Positions 1 to 9,519 of a DNA stretch of 64,000 bases are shown here, piece by piece; within the stretch, counting starts at the first letter, position 1; each line of letters starts with the position of its first letter. Where the stretch lies: positions 816,342 through 880,341 of the forward strand of contig JAWLHY010000002.1 in assembly GCA_041690135.1 (NCBI GenBank), written 5' to 3'. The position numbers and the translations under genes are program-made. The stretch comes from Armatimonadota bacterium (GTDB taxonomy: Bacteria > Armatimonadota > SYMT01). Under the pieces are notes generated by a model. That model was not told the origin of the DNA and ran no database searches. It saw only the letters and a list, made by a program, of their open reading frames with translations.

Positions 1-923
1 AGCAGTTCCAGCCAGCCGGCGACCGAATGGCAGTGGGAGAAGTGACAGTTGCCGGTCTCTCCCATGATGATTTTCTTACCGGGAAAGGCTTGCCGGGCCT
101 CCAGGATCAGGCGGGAAAGCGGCCAACCCTGATCGGCACCCCAGTTGTTGTAGAAGTTGAGGCCGACGATCTGGAGCAGGTCGTCTCGCCCTCCCAGGTC
201 GTCGGTGCCCAGCTCCTCCAGGGCTTTCGGGTCCGGGTGACCCAGCAGCGTGTGGAACGGCCGGCCCTGTTCGTCCAGGCTCAGGTCCGGGTGCCACGCC
301 CACGGTTCGTTGAGGGCGATCGGGACCTCCGGGTCCGCCTCGCGGACCGCGCGAGCCATGGCCGTCATCATCCGGCCGACGACCCCGTACATCCGCCACC
401 AGGAGACGTTGCGCTTCTGGTCCTGGGCGGGCCACCAGCGCCCCCAGTCCGTCATCATGGCTGTCCAGTAGCCGCTCTCCACGACGGGGATGTAGGCCGC
501 GAAACACCCCCGGTAGCGCTGCGCGACTCGCCCGGCGAACTCCGCCATCAGGTCGAGCACGCGACCGTTCCACAGGTCCGCCTCGCAAATCCAGGGCAAC
601 CACTCGTAGTGGCATAAAGAAAGGAAAACGCGCCCCTGGCTGACTGTGGCCACCCGGTCCAGGTAGTCCCAGTCGAAGTAACCGGGACATGGAAAAGTGC
701 GCGCTAGCCAGGCCCCATCGCGGAACCAGGTAAGCCCGAATTCCTCCCGAAAGAGCTGGTAGTCCGCTTCCAGTTGGTCCGCGTGTCCGCTCAGCTCCAA
801 CTGGTGGAAATCCAGTTCTTTCTGCCATCCCGGAGACCAACCCCGGATATGCCCCGCATCGAACGCCCCGGCCAGCTCCCACGACCGCTTCGCTGCGGGC
901 GCGGGTTCAGTCGATTCCGCCAT
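1..923 (-). CDS. GH1-like (clan GH-A) glycoside hydrolase, 3' end runs off the window
   Basis: Not in the ORF track because there is no stop in the window. Manual translation from ATG 923: MAESTEP...AGAFD...FRDGAW...FDWDYLD...LCHY...LLQIVGLNFY...IIMGETG. These motifs parallel the neighbouring gene (AGFE, WDLCHY, LDIVGVNVY, IIGETS). Confidence 0.75.
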   Translation of the reverse strand, partial: MAESTEPAPAAKRSWELAGAFDAGHIRGWSPGWQKELDFHQLELSGHADQLEADYQLFREEFGLTWFRDGAWLARTFPCPGYFDWDYLDRVATVSQGRVFLSLCHYEWLPWICEADLWNGRVLDLMAEFAGRVAQRYRGCFAAYIPVVESGYWTAMMTDWGRWWPAQDQKRNVSWWRMYGVVGRMMTAMARAVREADPEVPIALNEPWAWHPDLSLDEQGRPFHTLLGHPDPKALEELGTDDLGGRDDLLQIVGLNFYNNWGADQGWPLSRLILEARQAFPGKKIIMGETGNCHFSHCHSVAGWLEL

Positions 924-941
924 CGTGGGTTCTCCCGAAGA

Positions 942-2252
942 TCACGCCGCCTGGGGGATCCGGCTCCGAACGGTCTGGTCTCCCGGTTCGCGCTCCGCCC
1001 ACTCCCGGGCGTAACGGCGGAGCTCCGAGAGTTCGACCCGCCGCTGGTTCGTGGCCAGTTCTCCGGGCTCCAGTTGACCGGGCTGGTGCAGCAAGTGCGT
1101 CCACCGGCGCAGTTCCTCCAGATAGGGATCGCAGGGGCAGCGCTCGCAGGTCTCCCGGTCGTGCACGTCGTAGAGGCCGATCTTCGCCCACTCGCCCGTG
1201 TTCCAGTCCGGAATGTCCACGCAGGGATAGAGGCACACGCCCTGGAGGTCGCAGCCCGAGAGCAGCGCCTTCATCGACTCTTCCATCGTCATCCGCAGCC
1301 ATTCCGCCCGCCGGTCCTGGTAGCCGCTGGTCTCGCCAATGATCATTGGCCGCCGGTAGCGTTCCCAGCCGTACATCAGCAGCTCCGAGAGCGGCTTGCG
1401 GTCCGGGTCCCGCGGCCCGAGGACCTCTCGTTCTCCGTTCTCCTTGAGCATGGCCTGGCTGAAGTGGTAGACGTTCACCCCCACGATGTCGAGGATCTCG
1501 GGCGAGCCCCCCAACTCCGGGTTGAGCCGGCCGTGGAGGATGTCCCAGCCCTCATAGGCCTCATCGTAGGATTTGCGGTAGGCCTCGTCGGAGAGGTGCG
1601 GCTGGTCCGGCGGCGGAACGTGATGGACCATCGGGTCCACGTGCACCATCCGTGCGTCCGGAATCACCTCCCGGATCGCCTTCACTCCCTCGATCGCCAT
1701 CCGGCACAGGACCCGCTTGAACTCGGCGTACCGACCCTTCGCGAACGGGTACATCCAGCCCATGTCGGTCCCCGCTCCGGCGAAGAAGGAGATCTCGTTG
1801 ATCGGCGTGAAGAAGCGGGCGCCCGTTCCGCGGGTCAGGACCCGTTCCGCACAGGCGCGGCAATAGTCCGTGAACCGCCGGATGCAGGCATCCGAGAACG
1901 GATCGCAGCCATCCGGGAGGCCGTAGTGGCAGAGGTCCCAGATCGGCGTGATGTGGCACGCTTCCGCCGCTTCCAGGAACGGATCGACCGTAGACCAGTC
2001 GTACCGCCCGTTCCCGAGGTCAACGAAGGGCCAGCGGATCGCCTCCCGCACGACGCCGATCCCCAGGTCTTCCAGCCGCCGGTAATCCTCCTGGAGATAC
2101 CGGTCGTGCGCGGTGAGCTTCACGTAGTCTTTACGCTCGCGGTCCTTCCAGATGAAGGTGGAGCACTCAAAGCCCGCCATGAAGAAGGTGGGAAAGAGCC
2201 CCGGCGTCTCCTGCGCAGGGGCCTCACCCCTATTGGCTCGGCTTTCGGTCAT
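942..2252 (-). CDS. GH1-like beta-glucosidase/beta-galactosidase family protein
   Basis: FMAGFECST N-terminus, acid/base motif TPINE, GVNVY, nucleophile motif IIGETS. Confidence 0.85.
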   Translation of the reverse strand: MTESRANRGEAPAQETPGLFPTFFMAGFECSTFIWKDRERKDYVKLTAHDRYLQEDYRRLEDLGIGVVREAIRWPFVDLGNGRYDWSTVDPFLEAAEACHITPIWDLCHYGLPDGCDPFSDACIRRFTDYCRACAERVLTRGTGARFFTPINEISFFAGAGTDMGWMYPFAKGRYAEFKRVLCRMAIEGVKAIREVIPDARMVHVDPMVHHVPPPDQPHLSDEAYRKSYDEAYEGWDILHGRLNPELGGSPEILDIVGVNVYHFSQAMLKENGEREVLGPRDPDRKPLSELLMYGWERYRRPMIIGETSGYQDRRAEWLRMTMEESMKALLSGCDLQGVCLYPCVDIPDWNTGEWAKIGLYDVHDRETCERCPCDPYLEELRRWTHLLHQPGQLEPGELATNQRRVELSELRRYAREWAEREPGDQTVRSRIPQAA

Positions 2253-2285
2253 CAGAGGGCCTCTTCTGCGGTCGAATGCGATGTT

Positions 2286-2507
2286 CTAGAAGGCCGTGCC
2301 GCGCATCGAGCGCCCGATGATCAGGTACACGACCGACCCAATGATCGGAAAGAAGAGGATCGCCAGCGCCCAGATGATCTTCAGCGTGTTGTCCATCGGG
2401 CGCTTGAAGAGGTCCACCAGGGCGTAAATGATGAGGGCCAGCGCCGCGATCCCCAGCAATAGCATGATCAGGAAAGCGCCCCCCACGAATTCGCCAACTT
2501 CCAGCAT
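2286..2507 (-). CDS. Small membrane protein, PLDc N-terminal domain
   Basis: YALVDLF...KIIWALAILFFPIIGSVVYLIIGR is the PLDc_N signature; AAGGAG RBS precedes ATG 2507. Confidence 0.8.
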   Translation of the reverse strand: MLEVGEFVGGAFLIMLLLGIAALALIIYALVDLFKRPMDNTLKIIWALAILFFPIIGSVVYLIIGRSMRGTAF

Positions 2508-2690
2508 AGATTCTCCTTTCGGCAAAAGCCTCCGGGAGGTGGTACCCGCCCGCCCCACTAGTCACACGTTGACGGCAGGTTGAAGGCCGAAGCACGTGCG
2601 CGAGTGTCGGTTATAGCAAGATCTTGCCTGGATTCGCGCTTAAAATTACAATGGTCTTTCGCATATGCGACTTCCGAGGAGACCAGGGAA

Positions 2691-3053
2691 ATGAGCCCCG
2701 CCGAGATCGAACTGGGGAAACGCGAGTTCCAGGCAACCTGGAAAGCAATGTTCACGCGCGTGCTCGGCTGGTCCACAGAGCAAGCTGAGATCTGGATCGA
2801 AAATCGGGCATCGATCTGGGAGAGCTCGTGGTTTCTTCACGATTCCCCAGTCAAAGAGATCGTGGATGTGTTGATTCCCGCGGACCTCCGGGAGCGCTGC
2901 AAGAGATTGGTTCTGGTAGAACTGGTGCAGCGCATTGAGGAAGTGCTGATGCCACAGTGGGACTGGCATCCTGACCAAAACCCGAACTTCGATTGGGACG
3001 CCGCCAGAACAAAACTTGAGGCACTCCTCCACGAGTATCGAAGCACCGTGTGA
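2691..3053 (+). CDS. Hypothetical protein
   Basis: GAGGAG RBS then ATG 2691; Trp-rich helical 120 aa product. Confidence 0.6.
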   Translation: MSPAEIELGKREFQATWKAMFTRVLGWSTEQAEIWIENRASIWESSWFLHDSPVKEIVDVLIPADLRERCKRLVLVELVQRIEEVLMPQWDWHPDQNPNFDWDAARTKLEALLHEYRSTV

Positions 3054-3160
3054 CTGAGGTCCTGCCAATGAAAACAGCTTCGTCGATGTTTAGGCTGAGG
3101 AGGCCGGCTTCGCCATTTGTAGGCGCGAGTTCACTCGCCCAATCGTAGCGTTTTTCTTGA
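3054..3160 (+). repeat. Degenerate copy of dispersed repeat family A (MITE/REP-like)
   Basis: Shares GGAGG.CGGCTTCGCC...TGTAG.CGCGAGTTCACTCGCCCAA with the copies at 10.9 and 40.1 kb. Confidence 0.7.
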
Positions 3161-3200
3161 TGGTTCCAGCGAACGGAGCAGCCTACAGTCTGCTCCGATG

Positions 3201-3959
3201 CTATTTGCTGGCCGGTGTGTACAGGTACAGCGTCCCGATCTGCCGGTAACCCACCACGGGATAAAGCCTGGCGCCCGTGTGGCTGGCGAGGAGCACGGCG
3301 GATCGGGCGCCGGAAGCCCGGTCGTCGCGGAGCATCCGGCAGAGCATGGCGCGGGCGATCCCGCGGCGGCGGAACTCCGGCTTCACGTACATGTTCGAGC
3401 ACCAGGAAGCGCTGCCCGCCGCGATACTCCGGACCCAGCCCACCAACTCGCCGTCTATCTCGGCCACGTATTGGCGGAGCTCGTCGTCCCGGCCCAGGTG
3501 CCGCGGCAGCACCTGCCGCGAACGCGCCGCCCGGTTGAGCCGGTCCGCCAGTTCCTGCGTTTCCACGCGCGCAATGGTGGCCGGCGCCGGGAAGTCCGGG
3601 ATCTCCTTCAGGGCGTGGATCATCAACGGCTCCGTAACGCCCAAACGATAACCTAGGGCCTTGTAGCCTTCGCGGAGGGACTGGTCCGGCTCACCCTCGG
3701 GCAGGATGGCGCAGATCGCGAACCGCCCCCGCGTCTGCTCGCGGACGATCCGGTCCGTCTCCTCCGGCGGCACGTTGAAGGCGACCCACTCTTCGCAGCG
3801 GTAGTCGCCCCGCTTTCTCGGCCCGTCCCGCAGCGCCCACAGCGGCCCCACCCGTTCCGCCAGGAAGGGATGCGTGAAGCTGCGCGTGTAACTGAAGCCG
3901 CGCGCAAATGCCTCCAGCGCCCGCTCGATTTCGGCTGTATCGGATCCCGTAGTTCCCAT
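3201..3959 (-). CDS. GNAT family N-acetyltransferase
   Basis: Motif A VKPEFRRRGIA and motif B GARLYPVVGY. Confidence 0.85.
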   Translation of the reverse strand: MGTTGSDTAEIERALEAFARGFSYTRSFTHPFLAERVGPLWALRDGPRKRGDYRCEEWVAFNVPPEETDRIVREQTRGRFAICAILPEGEPDQSLREGYKALGYRLGVTEPLMIHALKEIPDFPAPATIARVETQELADRLNRAARSRQVLPRHLGRDDELRQYVAEIDGELVGWVRSIAAGSASWCSNMYVKPEFRRRGIARAMLCRMLRDDRASGARSAVLLASHTGARLYPVVGYRQIGTLYLYTPASK

Positions 3960-4408
3960 CGCTCCCTCCCGACCGCTATGGCCCGCAGAACGGCCTTTCG
4001 TCCCATCGCTGCTCTGCTGGATTCAAAGTCCGGACCCAAAGGTCCTCCACCGTACGGTACGCTCATTGCGATAGACTGGCCGGATGGTCTCAGGTGCCAA
4101 TGAGCCATAAGTTTTCGAGGTCAAGTAGAGCTCAAGATTCGTGCTCGCCATCGAGTCAGCTTGGTCGGCGTCCAGCGTTGAAATAGCCGAAATCAGCCGC
4201 ATTAGATGCCTTCACTCACGGGGATTGCACGAGCTTGCTGGAACGGTTCTGCCGAACGGACCTATCAACGGTCGCGCACCGAAGTAGGGCAGGCTCTCCG
4301 ATGCCTGCCTTGTCGTGGTTACGCATCAGTAGTGCTGAGTGGGACTCTGCGCCGGCACCCAACGTGCGTGAATGGGAAGTCGTTGAGGCGAATAACAGGA
4401 GGTGTCGG

Positions 4409-4723
4409 TTGACGCCACAGCGGATTTGCCGGGTGGAAGCCACATTTATGGTTCAGGGGCGCGGACTGGCGGTCGTGCTCGGCGAATGGGAGAGTGGAGA
4501 ACTCAGAGCGGGAGCCCGGATTGAGATCCGCGGAAGCGACGGCCGTATTCACCGGACGCGCATCAAGTCTATTGAGATGGTCCGCTTTGCTCCCGGTGCG
4601 GATCGGAAGGTCGATGAGTGCGATGGTGGTGCACTTCTTCTTGAGGATTCGGAGCCCGGCGACGTGAGGCCGGGGGATGAAGTGTGGTCCGTAGTGGACC
4701 ATCCGACGGTCCCTCCGGTGTAA
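4409..4723 (+). CDS. Stand-alone EF-Tu domain II-like beta-barrel protein
   Basis: AGGAGG RBS then TTG 4409. VEATFMVQGRGLAVVLG...SGELRAG..IEI...TRIKSIEM...GALLL....DVRPGD resembles EF-Tu domain II (VEDVFSISGRGTVVTG...GIEMF...GLLLR...DVERG). Confidence 0.6.
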   Translation: MTPQRICRVEATFMVQGRGLAVVLGEWESGELRAGARIEIRGSDGRIHRTRIKSIEMVRFAPGADRKVDECDGGALLLEDSEPGDVRPGDEVWSVVDHPTVPPV

Positions 4724-4753
4724 TCGAGGACAAGTGTGTTAGGAGACCACCGA

Positions 4754-5461
4754 ATGACCGCAGCAGACATTCTGCAGCAGCTAGAGCCCCTGGGAACGGA
4801 ATCCTACAAGCGGGTACTGTTCAACCACGGGGTGGTGGAGCCGGTCTTCGGGGTCAAGATCGCGGACCTGAAGCCGATCCAGAAGCGGATCAAGAAGGAC
4901 TACCAGCTCGCGCTCGATCTCTACGATACGGGGATCTACGACGCGCAGTACCTGGCTGGCCTGATTGCCGATGAGCGCCGGATGACCCGGGAAGACCTGG
5001 GCCGCTGGGTGGCCCGGGCAAACTGCAGCGCCATCAGCGCCACGACGGTGGCCTGGGTGGCGGCGGAGAGCCCCCACGGGCGCGAGTTGGCCCTGGAGTG
5101 GATCGAGTCGCCGGAAGAGAACACGGCGCAGGCCGGCTGGGCGACCCTGAGTGGGCTGGTAGCCTTGAAGGAAGACGCTCAACTCGACCTGGAGGAGTTG
5201 CGGTCTCTCCTGGAGCGGGTGGCCCGCACGATTCACGAATCGCCGAACCGCGTCCGCTACGCCATGAACGGCTATGTGATCTCCCTGGGGTCTTATGTCG
5301 CCGCATTTACGGAGCCGGCCATCCGCGCGGGGGAGCGGATCGGCAAAGTGTCCGTCGACATGGGCAAAACCGCCTGCGCCGTTCCCTACGCTCCGGACTA
5401 CATCGAGAAGGTCCGGCAGCGTGGCTCTCTCGGCAAGAAGCGGAAGACCGTGCGATGTTGA
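4754..5461 (+). CDS. DNA alkylation repair protein (AlkD-like HEAT repeat family)
   Basis: FGVKIADLK..QK.IKKDY.LAL.LY.TG.YDA.YLAGLIAD and C-terminal VDMGKTAC.VP; AGGAG RBS. Confidence 0.85.
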   Translation: MTAADILQQLEPLGTESYKRVLFNHGVVEPVFGVKIADLKPIQKRIKKDYQLALDLYDTGIYDAQYLAGLIADERRMTREDLGRWVARANCSAISATTVAWVAAESPHGRELALEWIESPEENTAQAGWATLSGLVALKEDAQLDLEELRSLLERVARTIHESPNRVRYAMNGYVISLGSYVAAFTEPAIRAGERIGKVSVDMGKTACAVPYAPDYIEKVRQRGSLGKKRKTVRC

Positions 5462-6627
5462 ACCAACTGCTGAAGCACGAGTTGCTGGAGATCCGCGAGC
5501 GTGGAAAGTCCGCGGCCGTCGCGCATGGCACCCTCCAGTTCCATATGGCGCTGATGTGGAACTATGAGGACTACCGGAAGTCGCTGGGCGATTCAGACGC
5601 TCACATCGACCAACTGCGGACTGCGCAGTCCCGTGTGTACCCGGACTGGACCGCCGAGCAGGTCGAAGTCTCGCTGGCGATCGGCAACCTCCGGGGCGCC
5701 GCCAACCAGGAGCTCGGCATCGATCGCCGGATCTTGCGCGACGACCCCGCGGAACTGGCGGTCGCCGTGGCTCTGGGCGCGCGGGTCGAATGGCTCAACC
5801 GGCGATTGGACGAGCAGTCGGGGTTGGGCAGCCCTGAGGACGACGCATTCGTGCTGCTGCTGGCATTGCCCGTGCGCGACGATGCCCTCATCAACCGCGT
5901 GCTCGCGTTGCCCAACCTGGAGCCGGACCCGGAGCGACGGTTTGTGTACGAGGGCGTCGCCGCGGCCTACCGGCGGGATCTCGTGGCACTCGAAGCTCTC
6001 GTCACGAAATTTGGCAAGCGGAAAGTCGATCGCTCAATCCAGGGCATGCGCACCTGCCTGACGGGGATCGCGCGGCGGGAGCCCACGCTGGTCTCCCAGG
6101 GTCTTCACGAGCTGCTGGAAGAAGAGAACCGCCTGCGGAAGCGGAAGGAGGGGCGTGTCATCAGCCTGGAAGCCCACCAGTTCTACCGCCTCTGCGAGTG
6201 GGTCTTGCCCGAGTTGGTGGGCGGTTTCGACGTAACGCAGGGCCTACCGTGGGATGCCGGCTTTCACGCCTGGACGGAGGCGCATCCGAATGCGCTCGCA
6301 GGCTGGGACCTCCGCGAAATCTCCCCCATGCTGCACGCTCTCCTGATCGACCTCTGTTTACCGGAAGGGTGGCGGGAGATCGCGGAGCCGGAATTGCCGC
6401 AGGACATCTGTCGCCTCGTGCTCGAAAGCGTGGGGCCAAACCCGCGAAAGGTTCGCGAGATGGTGGACGCCTGGTGTCGCCTGCGCCGGTGGGAGCCCGT
6501 GGACCTCGATGCCAGTCCCCTCGTGATCTCATCCGACGTTCCCCGGATGAACGCGTTCATGATGCGGCAGTCGCTGTTGGAAGCGGGAGCCTCGGCACGG
6601 TTCGAGAGGGTTCGGGATGGACAATAG
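5455..6627 (+). CDS. Imm49-like helical protein with C-terminal ribosomal L7/L12-CTD-like domain
   Basis: ATG 5455 overlaps the upstream stop. ISLEAH.FY.L..W.......FDV...LPWD.GF resembles Imm49/DUF-type immunity proteins; tail LVLESVGPN..KV...SPLVI...V....A..M...LLEAGA resembles L7/L12 CTD. Confidence 0.55.
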   Translation: MLNQLLKHELLEIRERGKSAAVAHGTLQFHMALMWNYEDYRKSLGDSDAHIDQLRTAQSRVYPDWTAEQVEVSLAIGNLRGAANQELGIDRRILRDDPAELAVAVALGARVEWLNRRLDEQSGLGSPEDDAFVLLLALPVRDDALINRVLALPNLEPDPERRFVYEGVAAAYRRDLVALEALVTKFGKRKVDRSIQGMRTCLTGIARREPTLVSQGLHELLEEENRLRKRKEGRVISLEAHQFYRLCEWVLPELVGGFDVTQGLPWDAGFHAWTEAHPNALAGWDLREISPMLHALLIDLCLPEGWREIAEPELPQDICRLVLESVGPNPRKVREMVDAWCRLRRWEPVDLDASPLVISSDVPRMNAFMMRQSLLEAGASARFERVRDGQ

Positions 6628-7081
6628 TCGAACGTGCGTCTTCTGTGAGATCGTGGCCGGAAGGGAGCCGGCCAGCGTGATTTACCAGGACGACCGGGTC
6701 CTGGCCATGATGGGCATCCGCCCCATTCATCCCGGTGAGTGCATGGTGATTCCGAAACAGCACATCGACCACTTCACCGACATCGACGATGAGCTTTCCC
6801 AGCATCTCATCGTTGTTGCCCAGCGAATTGCGCGGCGGATGCGGGAAGTCTTCCAGCCCCAGCGCGTAGGAATGGTCGTCCACGGCTTTGGCGTGCCGCA
6901 TGCCCACCTCTTGCTCATACCCCAGCATCGCCCGGACGACATCACCTCGGGACGGTTTGCCTACCTGGCGGAAGATGGAAGCATCGCCTTCGGCGTCCGG
7001 CACTTACCGCTGGCGGAGCGCTCGTTGCTCGATGAGCACGCCCGCTTACTGGCTATTCCTACCGACCTTCGGACGAGTTGA
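6617..7081 (+). CDS. HIT family nucleotide hydrolase
   Basis: CVFCEIVAG..PAS, P.HPG...VIPKQH, GFGVPHAHLLLIP. Confidence 0.9.
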   Translation: MDNSRTCVFCEIVAGREPASVIYQDDRVLAMMGIRPIHPGECMVIPKQHIDHFTDIDDELSQHLIVVAQRIARRMREVFQPQRVGMVVHGFGVPHAHLLLIPQHRPDDITSGRFAYLAEDGSIAFGVRHLPLAERSLLDEHARLLAIPTDLRTS

Positions 7082-8055
7082 TGGCAGCCATGACCACCTC
7101 CGAAGGAAGACGGTTCCGCGGGCGCCTCGCCCCCAGCCCGACCGGCTACCTGCACCTGGGCAACGCGCGCTCCTTTCTCCTGGCGTGGCTGCAGGCGCGC
7201 GCCGCCGGGGGCGAGATACTCCTCCGCATTGAGGATCTCGACCAGGCCCGGGCCGCACCGGGCGCGGTGGAGGGGATCGTCCGGGATCTGGAGTGGCTGG
7301 GTCTCGATTGGGACAACCCGCTGACCCCGGACTACTTCCAGTCGAACCGGATGGAGAGCTACCGCCGGGCCATCGCGGATCTCCGGAGCCGTGGCCTCGT
7401 ATACGAGTGCTTCTGTTCCCGGCGGGAGCTGCGAGAGGTCGCCAGTGCGCCGCATGGTCCCACGGGCCCGCAGTACCCCGGCACCTGCCGGGGCCTGACC
7501 CCGGAGGAATGCGCCCACCGGCGGCAGGCGAAGGAGCCGGCACTCCGCTTCCGGGTGAAGCCGGGGACGGTGGTCGAATTCCGGGATCTGGTGGCGGGGG
7601 AGCAGCGCGAGGTGGTGGACGAGTCGGCCGGGGACTTCATCATCGCGCGGGCCGACGGCGTTCCCAGCTACCAGCTTGCGGTGGTGCTGGACGACCTGGC
7701 CATGGGAATCACGCACGTCCTGCGTGGGGACGACCTCCTCGACTCCGCCGCCCGGCAGATCCTGCTGTTCCGCACCCTGGAAGGTGAGCCTCCCACCTAC
7801 GCCCACGTGCCGCTCATCCTGGGCCCGGACGGCGTGCGGCTGGCCAAGCGCCACGGCTCGGTCTCCCTGGCGGAGTTGCGGGCTGCCGGTCATAGTGCGT
7901 CCGCGGTGGCCGGTTGGCTCGCCTGGAGTTGCGGCCTCATTCCCGAGGTGAGTCCACTGCGGCCGCTGGATCTCGTGGCGGAGTTCTCCCTCGACCGGCT
8001 CTCCCACGAGCTGACTCGTCTCGCCTCCCTTCAAATACTCGGCGATGTCCTATGA
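7078..8055 (+). CDS. gluQ: tRNA glutamyl-Q(34) synthetase GluQRS
   Basis: RLAPSPTGYLHLGN, LRIEDLD, YECFCSR, YPGTCR, GDF, YQLAVVLDD, RGDDLL, LAKR; about 325 aa and lacks the GluRS anticodon domain. Confidence 0.92.
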   Translation: MMAAMTTSEGRRFRGRLAPSPTGYLHLGNARSFLLAWLQARAAGGEILLRIEDLDQARAAPGAVEGIVRDLEWLGLDWDNPLTPDYFQSNRMESYRRAIADLRSRGLVYECFCSRRELREVASAPHGPTGPQYPGTCRGLTPEECAHRRQAKEPALRFRVKPGTVVEFRDLVAGEQREVVDESAGDFIIARADGVPSYQLAVVLDDLAMGITHVLRGDDLLDSAARQILLFRTLEGEPPTYAHVPLILGPDGVRLAKRHGSVSLAELRAAGHSASAVAGWLAWSCGLIPEVSPLRPLDLVAEFSLDRLSHELTRLASLQILGDVL

Positions 8056-8603
8056 ACGCTACTGTCCTCTGGCGGCGCCTGGATACCCCCGGCCATGACG
8101 CCTGTCGCCTGGTCCAAACGGCGGACGGCTGCCAACTGGCGAGCACGGCCGTTTTTCGGCACGACGGAGTTTCCGCGCACCTGGCTTACTCGGTGGAGTG
8201 CGGTTCGGACTGGCTGGCGCGGCGGGGTCGTGTGGTCGGCTGGCTCGGTGCTCGCCCTGTGGAGTACGACATCGCTCGAACGCCGGGCGGAGCGTGGAGC
8301 CTGAATGGGGTGGCGGTAGCGAGTGCCGGCTGCAGTCCGGATCTTGACTTCGGGTTCACGCCGGCCACCAATCTGCTGCCGCTGCGACGGATGGCATTGG
8401 CGGTCGGGCAGGCGGAGGACGCTCCAGCCGTCTGGCTGAATGTTGAGGCGGGTGTCGTCGAGCTTCTGCCGCAGCGGTACGAGCGGCGGTCCGACTCAAC
8501 CTACTGGTACGAGGCCCCCAGTGTCGGCTACGCGGCTCTGCTGGAAGTGCGGCCCGATGGCTTCGTCAGTCGCTATCCGGGTCTTTGGGAGGCTGACGCC
8601 TGA
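8052..8603 (+). CDS. Putative glycolipid-binding domain protein
   Basis: LWRRLDTPGHDAC, DLDFGFTPATNLLPLRR, QRYER, YPGLW; ATG 8052 overlaps the gluQ stop. Confidence 0.85.
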   Translation: MNATVLWRRLDTPGHDACRLVQTADGCQLASTAVFRHDGVSAHLAYSVECGSDWLARRGRVVGWLGARPVEYDIARTPGGAWSLNGVAVASAGCSPDLDFGFTPATNLLPLRRMALAVGQAEDAPAVWLNVEAGVVELLPQRYERRSDSTYWYEAPSVGYAALLEVRPDGFVSRYPGLWEADA

Positions 8604-8670
8604 CCTTATCCCGGAAATCGGGAGGCCGCGGATCGGTTCGCGACCTTGGCTACTGGAGTGAAGTGACGAA

Positions 8671-9507
8671 ATGGCGATGAACTGGACACGCAGAGAGGCT
8701 CTTCTTGCTGGTCTCGCAGGGCTGGGAATGGTCACGGCGGACGCGATCCCCTCGGAGGGGCAGCAGCGCCGGGAAGTGAAGTGGAACAACCCGGACGGCC
8801 CGAAGATTTCGGGCGTCGAACACGGCAGCTTCCGCAGCCCCTCCATGGAGGTGGAAGTCGGCTACAACGTCTACCTGCCTCCCGGCTATGCGGGGGGAAA
8901 CACCCGGTATCCCGTCGTTTACTTCCTCCACGGGGCGGGCGGCAACGAGAACTCGGACGCGGGTGCGTTTTCCGGGCTGGTCGGCAAGCTCATCGCGCAA
9001 AAGCAGATCCCCCCGGTGATCTGCGTCTTTCCGAACGGCGGCATGAGCGGCTACCTGGACCGCCCCGACCGGAAGGTGATGGGGGAGACGCTCATCATCA
9101 AGGAGCTTCTCCCGTTGATCGACCGGACCTACCGCACGCAGCCGGAAGCCCGCGGCCGCCGCATCGGCGGGTTCTCCATGGGCGGGGGCGGCGCGATCCG
9201 CCTGGCGCTGAAGTACCCGGAGTTCTTCTCCGCCGCCGGGTCCTGGGCGGGCGCCTTCGGGCTGCGAGGCCTCCCGGCGCTTCCCACCGAGCCGGAAACG
9301 CTCCGGAAAGTCGCCGGCAGGGTGCGCATGCTGTTGGTCGTGGGGGACCAGGACTTTACGCGCCAGGGCCAGCCGGAGCTCGTCCGCAGCCTGGAAGAGG
9401 CGAAGGTCCAGGTACAGTTTCGTCTCCTCGAAGGCGTGGGCCACAACCTCGGCCTCTACCACCAGCGCACCGGTGACGAGATGGTCCGCTTCCTCGCGGC
9501 GGAATAG
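8671..9507 (+). CDS. Tat-exported alpha/beta-hydrolase (putative esterase)
   Basis: TRREALL twin-arginine signal; YNVYLPPGY, YPVVYFLHG, GFSMGG nucleophile elbow, GDQD, GVGH. Confidence 0.88.
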   Translation: MAMNWTRREALLAGLAGLGMVTADAIPSEGQQRREVKWNNPDGPKISGVEHGSFRSPSMEVEVGYNVYLPPGYAGGNTRYPVVYFLHGAGGNENSDAGAFSGLVGKLIAQKQIPPVICVFPNGGMSGYLDRPDRKVMGETLIIKELLPLIDRTYRTQPEARGRRIGGFSMGGGGAIRLALKYPEFFSAAGSWAGAFGLRGLPALPTEPETLRKVAGRVRMLLVVGDQDFTRQGQPELVRSLEEAKVQVQFRLLEGVGHNLGLYHQRTGDEMVRFLAAE

Positions 9508-9519
9508 CGATCGGGAAGT

